From NCBI GenBank assembly GCA_035084275.1, contig CM068743.1:121706001-121770000 (forward strand): a stretch of 64,000 nt of DNA. Direction: 5' to 3'. Source of the stretch: Hydrolagus colliei. Its lineage: Eukaryota. The stretch's first letter is position 1, and each line of letters starts with the position of its first letter. A program made the translations under genes and the position numbers. Positions 11,676 to 22,902 of this stretch are shown here, piece by piece. Below the pieces are notes generated by a model. It saw nothing but the letters and a program-made list of their open reading frames with translations. It made no database searches and was not told the origin of the DNA.

Positions 11676-12046
11676 CAGTAAAAGTCTGTTTATCCATGAC
11701 TCAATCAACCGGATTGCTCGTCCCCCCTCCCATGGCAATTCCCCATTCCAGCAATCGCGAGTATGCTCACTTTGCACATGCGTACACATTCGCACATTAA
11801 AGTTACGCACTTGGGGTATTTACCGATCAGTAAAAATGCTTTTTTACCAATCTTTTTACTGAGTGTGCTGGAATCTTTATTGGTAAGTATCCATACAATA
11901 TTCTGTTACTATTTAGAATATTATTAAAATGGTATGTTTTAAAATAATTACATTCTTTGTGTTGGGTTTTCGGCAACTTGCCGTCCAATGATCCAGCACA
12001 GTCAATTAGTCTACCCCACTGCTGCCAGATAAACAGACTTTTACTG
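11676..12046. mobile_element. Tigger/pogo-like MITE, 371 bp
   Basis: Perfect 19-bp TIRs CAGTAAAAGTCTGTTTATC / GATAAACAGACTTTTACTG, with TA on both sides (11674-75, 12047-48). Confidence 0.9.
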
Positions 12047-13035
12047 TAATAGGTCTACAGTTCTATATCCCGATGAACTCTTCATAACCTAATAAATCCT
12101 CATGCTCTGGTCTATCCTATGTACATCTGATTTCCTCCATTGTGCGTCTGCTTTACTTTGCAGACATTGCTGCACTTGCCTTACTCTAGTAGTTGGCACA
12201 GCAATAACCAGGGAAGGAATCTCCTCCCAAACCTTTGTCCCAATCGCAGGATGTGGTAGGTGGGTGAGTGCTGATCCTCTTGTATGTTATTTACTGGATA
12301 ATGTGCCAGGCTTCAGCATCAGTGAATCCAGCCACAGATTTTCATGTGCCATAATGCAAGAACGTGAGTGTTACACTTGCAGCATTGCAGTATCTCGCCA
12401 TTAATGGGAGGCACATTCATCAACAAAGGTCTTTAAAGGGCATTAAGGAATTCTTACGGAGTGCATGTTGCAGCCAGCTGAAATGAAACCGATAAATATG
12501 AACTGACAGCACCATGCACAGCTGCGTCTCGTGGGCATTGTTTCTATTTTCCAATCTTATGGTCAAATGCGCAGCTACACCCTAAGTATCCATGTATGGA
12601 AGACCTGATTTGAAGGAATCCTTACATGAAAACAAATGGTTGAGATTGCTAAGTAAAGTATTGTAGACGAAAGCTAACCACTTTACAATGGCTGAAAAGG
12701 TCACTGTGTGTACCTTGTGTGTTTGCAGCCATTACAAGTAGGAGGGTGTTGAAAGCAAAGTGACTGCGCAATAGAAAATACACCAGCAACGCGTGAAGGT
12801 GAAAGCTGCATATGTGGAATTGAAAATCAATCAGAGGATTAAACTAAACCTATAACCAGAAAAAGTTAAATGAGCGAAAGCAGATGGAAGCATGTAACAA
12901 TATTTTTGTATAGTATTGTTTTGCTTCACGTAATATGTCAGAGCCTGAATATGAATGAGCCTGATAACACTGTATTATATTTTAGATCTATACTTATCTA
13001 TATTTATATTGTATTTTATCACCTTTGTTTTAAAG

Positions 13036-13095
13036 ATGATGCCACTTCATTGGGGAAGAAAGATGATGGATTCCAGTTTGGGCCTGAAGTTAAAG
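13036..13095 (+). CDS. TMEFF1: TMEFF1 linker exon (60 nt, phase 1-1)
   Basis: ttttaaag|ATGAT...GTTAAAG|gtacgg. Encodes (D)DATSLGKKDDGFQFGPEVK, versus human ..TSLLGKKDDGLQYRPDVK. Frame joins both neighbouring exons. Confidence 0.92.
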
Positions 13096-13842
13096 GTACG
13101 GAGGAATCAACGTGTGCAATTCACTGAAAATATTCAACAATAAGTTACACTTATATAGCGCCCTTCATGTAGGATTGTGAGGAAATGTTATTCTTACAGC
13201 TACATGACAGGTGTTTGAGGTATTTCAAGAATATCATGTATACTGTTCATAAGCAATCTATTCATTGCTATATTCGCAGTGTAATGCAGGACTTGGATAT
13301 AGAATCATTTAAAGATTAAACATTTTTCTTAGATAAATCTTAAATGATGTTCGAACAAAAAATATGAACTGTACTCCACCTGTTATGTTCATACTTTTAC
13401 ACTTGCTCACCCATAAATACAGTCACTTCACTTAACAGTAAAAGCGAATCGCATTGAAATTTTAAATTGATCACATGGATGCAAATGTCAATCATCAAAT
13501 TTAGGCAATTTAATGAAACAATAACTGGCATTTATATAGTGCTCTTCATGTAGGATCACATCTCAGAGCACTTTGTAGGATGATACTGGAAACCTGAAAG
13601 TAATACAACTTAGATGCTATTAGTGACTACATTTTTCTTACATTTTTCATGCTTGCTTAATGTGATATCAGGAGTCTTTGTGTAAGCGTGCCCGCAAAGA
13701 CTGAGTTCCTTCATCAAATTCATTCTGCAAATGTCATTTAAATGTCACAAAGGTAATTTGGAAATATTCAACTTGTGTCAGGCATGTAAAACAAGTGATG
13801 TGAATGCATCTAAATGCTGACAATTCTTAATTTCCTTTTAAG

Positions 13843-13957
13843 ATGCCAGTGATCAAAGGGAAGATGATTACACTGGAAACTACCAGCTGTGCTCAGAAAA
13901 TATCTGCATACATGGCAAATGTGAATATATTTATGCTCGTCGAGAGACATCCTGCCT
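13843..13957 (+). CDS. TMEFF1: TMEFF1 exon, N-terminal part of the EGF-like domain
   Basis: tttccttttaag|ATGCC...TGCCT|gtaagt, 115 nt. Encodes (D)ASDQREDDYTGNYQLCSENICIHGKCEYIYARRETSC(L), versus human DASDQREDVYIGNHMPC...CIHGKCEFIY. Confidence 0.94.
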
Positions 13958-14284
13958 GTAAGTATTTTAGCCTCTCTTCATACCTTGTTATCATTATAGG
14001 AGGCTGGTCGGTCTTATTTTCAAGTTTAATATCATCCTTTATTCAGGGTGGATTGATAGACATCCATTAGTCCACCGTCTTTGGAATATCAGGAAAATAT
14101 GTTTTAATGTTAATATTCAATGCATTTGCTTCCAGTGATTCCACTGAAATTTGAATAAGTGTATCCATTCCATCTGAAACATTGAGATCTCAATTGAGGT
14201 ATTTCAAAAATAAAGCCATTTCGGACCACAACTTCATCTCCCTTAACACCCCCGTACCCCTTCCCCCTACTCAACCCTCTACCA

Positions 14285-15420
14285 TCACCTATGGAGACAG
14301 CCCTGGTCAAAGTCTCTAATGATATTCTAGACATCTGCGATCAGGGCTCTCTCTGCCTTCTTGTTCTCCTCGACATCTCTGCCGCCTTCAACACTGTCGA
14401 CCACTCCATCCTCCTACACCGCATCTCCTCTCAGCTCAATCTTCACAGACCTGCTCTTGCCTGGTTCGAATCGTACCTCTCCCACCATCTCCACTTTGTC
14501 ACCACTGATGGCTTCTCCTCCAGGACTCACTGTCACCTGTGGCATCCCCAGGGCCCTTTCCTTGGTCTCGTATTTTTCAACCTATATGCTCCTCTTTGGT
14601 GACATCCGCAGACATGCGGTCAACTTCTACATGTATGGAGATACCACGCAACTCTGCCTCCATCCTCGATTTCAAGACCACTGCTCTTCTGACACCCCAA
14701 CAAGCCAGTCAGAAACCTCCAAGCCATGATCCACTCTGCCTTCCCTCACCTCTGCAACATTGCCCGACTCCGCCACTACCTCACCCCTCATACTGCTGAA
14801 ACTCTCATTCACAGCTTCATCCCATCCAGGCTGAATTATGCCAACGTACTGCTTGTTAGCCTTCCCAATTCCGCCCTACATAGGCTACAAATTATCCAGA
14901 GTGCTGCAGCCCGGGCCCCCTCCTGCACCAAGCTCCGCAAACATCATCTCATTCTCATCCAACTCAACTGGCTTTCTATTACTCACAGGATTCAATTCAA
15001 GATCCTGGTCCTCCCTTTTGAAGCCCTCCATGGCCTTGTCTCACACTTAGCCTCTGCGACCTCCTAACCCCCTACTAGCCTGTCTGCTCCCTTCACTCAG
15101 CGGGATCTGGCCTGCTCTATCTCCCCCAACCCACCGCCCCACCATCGGCAGGCGATCCTTGTCACTCTGCCCCCGACAGTTGGAATCTGTCATCCCACAA
15201 TTCCTCTGCCTCACCCCCACCCCCACAACCCCCCAGCCTCATTCAAGTTCCATCTTTAGACCCTCCTTTTCACCAAGCTATCGGTCACCCACCTTCCCCT
15301 CCCTTCCTTCCACTCTCCCCGAGCCCGACCCCAACTTGCACCTGAATCACTGACTGTCCAGTGCCTTGGGATGTCCTCCTGCTGTGAAAGGTGCTTTGCA
15401 AATGTAATGTTTTTGTTCTT
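14285..15420 (+). mobile_element. L2 LINE, 5'-truncated, frameshifted RT and 3' tail
   Basis: Peptides ETALVKVSNDIL...[19 protein letters not shown], degenerate YADD (MYGDTTQL), AETLIHSFIPSRLNYAN and LNWL..RIQFKIL. Tail gccttgggatgtcctcc...gaaaggtgc. Confidence 0.9.
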
Positions 15421-16775
15421 TAAAAAAAACTTTATCAGGAATCCTGGCACTTCGTGGGAACTTCACTCCAGGTGTAGGTCCTATTGCCTTAATGTCATTC
15501 TGTTTAACATAAGAATTCCCCATTCACACAAATTGGATATCTTATTAGGCCCTACATATAGTTTTGTTTATCTATAGCAGGGTAATAGTGATAATATAGA
15601 TAATAATTGATCACGTAGATAATAATATTTGCATTTGATTCGTATCAATTCACTTTATAGTATATTCCGTGAAGCGCTTTGAGACGTCTAGAATGCAAGG
15701 ATTATTATTAGTAGTAATAGTATTATTATTATCAATCTTTTTATGTTGGGAGGAGGCCTCAAAGCACTTCACAGGATTTACTGTGAAGTGTAGTAACTGT
15801 GTATTTGTAGACAAACACAGCCTTAATTGCAGCCTTTAGAAATACCACCTAAAATCAATTTAAACAGCATGCTGTGTATAAATGCTCCCAACAATATAAC
15901 AATGTGTAATTGAAATTATAATTTATAGCTCCTGGATCACATTGTAAAACAAAGTTTGATCTCAGATTGTATCAGGCACATAATCAGATCTTTACTAGCA
16001 CATGAAAAAGGTTCTGTTGAAAGACCTTGGCCTGATATCAAGGGAGCAAAGTCAATGTGGTTCTCCTCTGCAGTTGATGTGGATCACAGCTGCTGAAAGC
16101 ACCGCCTCCTGTCAGTACTGAAAGGAGCGGAGCTCCAGCATGATTCATGTTGGCTCAACTCACACTTACCCTGCACGTTTGGTGGTGAACTAGCCACCGA
16201 AATTGCAGCAATTCCTCACCAACTGTGCAGTGTAAATGCTGCAATAAAAGAGAGGGGTCTTGCATTTCTAGTTAAAGATTACATCTGTCACAGTGATTAA
16301 TACAAATTGGCGTTCAAAAAAAATCTGTGCAATTCTAGTAGATGTTTGTGTTGAGATTAATATTGCTGCAAATATATACAGTTATATCTCATTACAATCC
16401 CTATAAGATTGAACCTATTGTGGCGACATGTGTGGACAGCTATAGTCAGCAATGCTAAGCTCTTACTAATATTAAAAACATGATCATCCTATTAGACAAA
16501 ACTGTTTAGCATAATATTAATCTATCAACTCTCCAATGCCTTCCAGCATCTGCTGATTGCCAACATTGCCTCAGGGGAAGGAGGTGATTAAAAACAAGAG
16601 ATTTTAAACATCGATTTAATGGACACAACAGAGATTTTGTTTCTTCATTTTGATTTCTAGATGAAGACTAAACTCAGTGATGGCCAACCTTTGTGGTTGG
16701 CTGGCAAAATAATCATAGAAATAACAATATAGCATTGATTAATGCCATAAATCAAGAAATATTTAATAAAGATGC

Positions 16776-16824
16776 TTTTATTTTATTGGCCAACCAAAGA
16801 GTTTGGTTGGCCAATAAAATAAAA
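16776..16824. repeat. Perfect 23-bp inverted repeat with 3-nt spacer
   Basis: TTTTATTTTATTGGCCAACCAAA-GAG-TTTGGTTGGCCAATAAAATAAAA. Confidence 0.95.
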
Positions 16825-18811
16825 AAATTCCATATCAACGGACCCTAGTGTATGCAAAACATCACCAATGTTGAGCGAAGGAGAAAACATCGGATAAATT
16901 GAGAAGTGGTGTTTAGATGAAACCCATGCTTGAATTTAATGATTTCAGTAAAACTCACATGTCATGTTAGTAACATTTGGCTTGTACAAATTGCCTGCAA
17001 CTCAGACTTTGTGTAAGTCTAAGAAAATTCGATTTAATCAATCATCTACACTGGGCGCGTGTAACTTAATGCGGCTGGTAAGTGCGCATGCGGTAGTTTG
17101 GTCACTGCATCTGGAAAGTGCACACGTGATGATGGATCAATGCATCTTGACCCGTCACTGCATGTGCAGTTATTGGCAAGCATTGGAATCACAGGAAATT
17201 TAGTTCCTCTGCGCATGCATTGACAGATCAAGACTATATTTCCTTTGATTCAATACAGCCAGTAAGTGTGGGAGTAAGTGGAGGTAGGGGAGCAGCGTTA
17301 AGAGTTAGAAGATGAGTAATACGAGTAGTGTAAAATAATTCTAAGTAGTTTTGATTAGAAACTGAATGGGACTCAGGTGGATGTATGGCTTAGGCAATTT
17401 ATAAAGCTAAGACTTAGGCAAGTTTTACTTAATTACTAATCACTACCATTAGTAGTCCATATTATATTTGCCTTAAATTTTAGCACAACCTAACTAGCAA
17501 ACGTTTGCTGCCACAGTGCACTAAATAAGGAGTGTGCCTCTGATGGACAGTCTTTGTGTTCCTGGAATAAATTTGTTATAATGTTGGCTCTGAACATTCG
17601 CAGCTAAGACAATTGGAGCTCACATTGCTGCACTCCTATAAATCGCTTCCTATTGTCTGGCTTTGAATTCGCCCCATGGGGATGAACGCAAGAGGCTGCA
17701 TCCTGATACAAAAGGAACTCTGGTAGAAGGGAAGGGAGAAACCACTGCCAAGCCTGACAATAGCATGAAAAGACAAAGTGAAGTCTGAGCCTTGCAGTTA
17801 AATGCTGCATGAAACAGGGAACATTTAATGGGAAAAGGAGTGATGTGGTGTAGGTGCATGATTTATAACCATGTTATATAGATGGAAGTATTATTCGTTG
17901 CTCAAGCATAAAGCTTATTTTCATCTGGCATTACTTATTTACTATATATCAACAAATATACAGTCAATTCACTTTACAGTATATTCTGTGAAGCGCTTTT
18001 GCACTAAATTGAATACAAGGATGATTATTATTATTAAATACAGATTTTTTTTAAAATAATGTACTCATATCCTAGAATTATAAGCATTTTGGGGAATTGA
18101 TATGCATTCCTGCCTGTCTTATTAGTTTATAATTCTGACACCTATCTCTAGGATGCGCGCTGGGATGTTATCCTATGTTGTTATTGTATAAAGCAACATT
18201 TATAGATGAGGAAAAAACAGGAAAGCAAGGTTTAGTGGAATTGTTTATTGGAGCATCAAATATAAGCCACTGAATAAAATCTATCAGAAAAGATCAGAAC
18301 TCAGTAAACTTCATCAGCGCTGAAACTTTCATCCCACATGAATTGCATATTTTTGGCTTAAGTCATTCTACTCTTTTCCCTTTTATTCTGTTTGATGCTT
18401 CCTTTTTTGGGTCAGTTCTTAGCTCCTGCTACTGGTTTTGATCCGCAAAGATGGCACGACTTTCCCAGTAGACGTTAGCTTTTAAGATAAATTATTCAAA
18501 GGAAATTTCAAATTGCAGTTTTTTATAATATGCATATGGATTGTAGAATATCAATGGAAATATTCCAAAAAATTTGTTTCCATTAAATCCAATAGAAAGC
18601 TATGCTTGATGTTGATCCATCGTCTTGTGAAGACTCTTTCATTGAGTCATACACTGAAATGTATTTTTCAGTAGTTCTGTACTTAAAATATTGCTTTTTA
18701 AACTTCAGTATTCACTTGGAAAGCTCAGACTTTGCATATCTCAATATGTCCTCGACAGTTTTCTGAATTCTGTACAATTTGTAAAACAAAACAAAACAAT
18801 AATGGCATTGA

Positions 18812-19720
18812 ATAAGAATATGGGAATGAGAAGAGGTCATTCTGCCCATCGAACTTGTCCCGAGATCATGGCCAAACCGCAAGTCAATTCTACCATTCTT
18901 CATATCTCGGGATACCTATGTATTCATCTATTTGGCTTTTTAATTCTTCAATTGACTGCCTCCACTGTCCTTTGTGAGAATGAATTCCACACTCGCATCA
19001 CCCACTCTGTAAAAAAAGTTTCTTTAGTTAACGTCAAGTTGAAATTGTGGCCTCTTGTTCTCAATCTCTCATTGGGGAAAACAGTTACTGATTATCTAGT
19101 GTCTCAAATCCCTTCATAATTTTATACACCTGAGATCAGCCCACAACCACACAAACTCAACAGAATACAATGCATGTTTTTCTATCTTTTCATCATAATT
19201 TAGGCCTGGAATCAGGAATCATTCTAGTACATATAAAGGCCAATATATCTTTCCTAAGGTTTGTTGCCCAAAACTGCACACAACACACCAAATGGCATGT
19301 GACCACCATTTTCATATGACCACAATATCACTTAAATAAGTAAAATAATAATTTGACCACTCAATGTACAACTATTTGTGAGACACTATTGTGCGCAATT
19401 GGCTGCCGTATTTTTCCACAAATATACAGTCAATTCACTTTACAGTACATCTGTGAAGTGCTAGAAGATGTGAATAGTGCTACATAATAATAATAATAAT
19501 AATAATCCTTGCATTTGATATAGCGCTTTCCACATCTTATCAACGTCTCAAAGCGCTTCACAGAATATACATCAAATACAAGGATTATTTATTCTTGACT
19601 CCTTGTAATCTAGCCCCCTTGTGATAAATGTCAACATTGCATTAGCATTTTTGATTACCTTCTGCAACTGTGCACTGCATTTTAAAGATTTATGAAATTG
19701 AACACCTTGGTTCTTTAATC
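18812..19720 (-). mobile_element. CR1 fragment hosting nested SINE pieces (~19345-19592)
   Basis: CR1 tail ataagaatatgggaatgagaagaggtcattctgcccatcg and gttgcccaaaactgcacaca. CR1 resumes after the SINE pieces. Confidence 0.7.
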
Positions 19721-21561
19721 TTACAAATGCGTGAATAAGGGTTTTAGCTGAAATCGCTGAAATCGATTAGCTGAAATCGAAGTTGTTGTTGTTGTAGCTG
19801 TGTGATGTGAGCGATGTATCTGTGGTAAAGGAAAGCGGACCCAATCAGATACCGGATGTGGGTAGGAATGATAGCTAAGGATTGAACCTGATGCCTAGGT
19901 TGTGCACAGTTTCAGTAAGTCTGATAGGTGATGGTAGCCAAGAAGTATGGCTTCTGTCCTGTCAATATTCAGTTACAGCAAGTGGACAGAACATTGGTGG
20001 AACTGGCTGGAGGAAAACTCGAATTGTGTGTCATCCACATACATGTAGAAGTTGACTCCATGTCTAGGGATGACATTACCAAGATCGAGCAAGAAAATAA
20101 GAAAGGAGGGGACCCAAGGATTGAGTCTTGGGGTTTAAGTCCGATGATTGTGCAGGGATGGGAGAAGAGTTTGTAGAGACAAAGTGATGATGGAGAGTCA
20201 AGGAGGTCTTCAAGCACGGAAGTGCAATGCCACATTTTAAGATATTTTGAGGAACTTTGAAGAATTACTTTCTATAATGGAAGCAGGATATTTCTGTAGG
20301 TAAATTGGGCAATTGCTTCAATTAGATTAAAAATGTTGATACTTTGAAGAATGATGGATTTCCAGACCCACGACTGATGAGACGGTATTATTCTCTGCTC
20401 ATCTATGCTGAGCCTCGGGTATGAGAGCTTTATATCTAATTCCACTGACCTTCAGATAATCACCCAAAACAGTTTAAATCTCTTAGAGTCAGTAAAGTTA
20501 TATATTTTTTTAAAAGTCTCCATTGGAAGTCTGAATGGTTGACATTTCCTTGGAGGACATTACTGCATGTGATTTTCAATTTCATGTTAATGCCTTGGAT
20601 AAGCATAATTCAGAGCTCCTCAAATCAGTGGGTCCACGTTAATTTACCTTGCAACTAGAAGTCATTTATTTCCCAAGAAACAGAAGTTGCTATTCAGACC
20701 AAGGAAGGCCTTGTTGAAAATAATGCATAGAAAGTTGGAAAGCAATACCTCATTAACCCTTGGTCTGAATTGTCCAATTTTAGATAGTTCCAAGGCTTAG
20801 TGGAAATGGAAAAGTCACACATGCTGATTGCCAGATCGTAATGTTCCACTGTAATGGACACCAGCAATTCAGAGAATTGATTTGTTTGGGTAAAAGATTT
20901 CCTGAATGATAACTTCAGCTGACCTAAATTCTACGAGTATCTTCTTTAAAGTTCCTAGATTCACTACAGGCTAAGCACAAAATCAATATAGAATTTGGTT
21001 GGATGAACACATCTTTTGGAGATTCCTTTTGCTGCAAAGCATTTCTATAATGAATTTTGGTTGCAGCTCAAACCTCTTGGAGGATTCAAAAGCCCAATTT
21101 TATGATGAGGTGATTGCATAAATCCATCTCATGATGTGCTAGCTCCAGCGAATTACCTGAGGAATTACTCTTTTCAAATTGACCATTTATTTCCTTTGAA
21201 TCGTGGAATGTTAGAACATGGAAACAACCACTTTTCCCATCAAGCCTGCACTTTGATTTTAAAGTAAAGATTAAATTCCAACTTCTGCAATTCTGAATAC
21301 GCTCAAATAATAAGAAATTATAATAATAATAAATTTGAGTAAACTGGAGACAGGTGGAATTTCTCCCAAAATGTATTAGTTCGCACTCTCTTTCCCACTT
21401 CCCACAGATTCGATTATTGTTTTTCAAATATTTATTAAATTTCATTTTGAAGAAATCTAAGAACTCTGTTTCAAAAATACTTTACTGTAAAGTGTATCTT
21501 GTGAGTGCACAAGGCAGCAAGTTGTGCACTGCGACGGGGTGAATAATGATTTGGTGATTGT

Positions 21562-21782
21562 TAACCAGTTCGCCAAGAGAAATTCCCTTCTCTTTTTGAA
21601 CTTAGCTATGTCTACCTGGACAGGCAAATAGGGCCTCAGTTTAACTCATCTAAAGGATGATGACCTCCAACAATGCAGTACACCCGAAAGCACTGTATTG
21701 GAGTGTCAGTATAGATTAGATTGGGGTTTGAACTCACTACCATCTGTCACCGAGGCAAGAGTACTACAAAGTGAGACATGCT
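21562..21782 (-). mobile_element. Deu-domain SINE remnant
   Basis: acctggacaggcaaatagggcctcagtttaactcatctaaaggatgatgacctccaacaatgcag...gaggcaagagtactac. Confidence 0.65.
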
Positions 21783-22743
21783 GACACATACACAAGCTGA
21801 TCTTCGCTTGAGCTGATCACGAATATCACTGGGTATTTAGTTACCAAGAGTCCAAATAATGTTTGCACATGTGAAACTGTAGATTGCACCTCAATTTTTT
21901 TTAATCAATTGGCCATATCAAGATACAACAGTTTGTGTAGATCGGTGGGTAAAGTTAGGAAGTCCAGTTACTAAATGTTCAACATACATTTGTGAAGTAA
22001 GAACAGTACTGTCTGCAAGATAACATACCAATGTACAAACTTAATATTAATGATAGCTTCCTTTCTGGTTGAATGGTTAAACCTATCAGCCCCGACCCTT
22101 GGATATAAACCACCCTATAAAATATAACTGTGATCATAGAATCATATAGAGCGACCCCATTGTAAAGCTGTGGCTCAAATCCCCAAATCCTGGGTCATCA
22201 GGTCATTGTAACGTCACTTCCTATGCATGCACAGCCCCACAGGCTGCGACTGTTCCTCAAACATTACTAGCATCAGAAGTGTACCAAACATCTGGTAACT
22301 TGGGTCACAGGAGACCAGGGTTATAAGCAAACTCATGCTCTAGCGGTGCTTAATAACTGTAGGAATGTACAGGAAAGGATAAAGCCATTATGAAAGAGTC
22401 AGTTTTATTTTATTATATAAGCGTTAGGTAATTCCAGAAAGAGCACACTGACCTCTTTTTGTTTCTAGACATTCTTATGTTCCCAGATGGAGACCTTGTA
22501 ACTATATCTGTTTTATGAATGTCAAGCGTTTATTACCTCAAAATCACAGCATGGTCCCTGTTCCCACTCACACAACACAACATAGCTCAATTGAAAAACT
22601 GCACCAAAGAGGGGATGTTTGCAAACACTCTCTGCGAGTCACATTTAATATCAAAACAAATCCAATGCAAAAAAACACTTCATGTAATTTATCGCAAAGT
22701 ATGAGGAATTGTTGCTTATGGTGACTTGGGTGTTTTGTTGCAG

Positions 22744-22902
22744 CTGTGAATCTGGATATACTGGACAGCGCTGTGAAAACAGGGACTTCAATATCCTGTA
22801 TGTGGTTCCAAGTGGCCAGAAGCTTCACTATGTCCTAATTGCAGCAATAATTGGAGCGGTGCAGATTGCTATAATAGTTGCTGTGGTGATGTGTATAACA
22901 AG
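22744..22902 (+). CDS. TMEFF1: TMEFF1 exon, EGF C-terminal loop and transmembrane helix
   Basis: gttttgttgcag|C...ACAAG|gtgggt, 159 nt. Encodes CESGYTGQRCENRDFNILYVVPSGQKLHYVLIAAIIGAVQIAIIVAVVMCIT(R). Confidence 0.96.

Noticed and set aside
16675-16712. hAT-Charlie-like TIR CAGTGATGGCCAACC
   Set aside because: No matching right TIR or 8-bp TSD found, so it is not called as an element.
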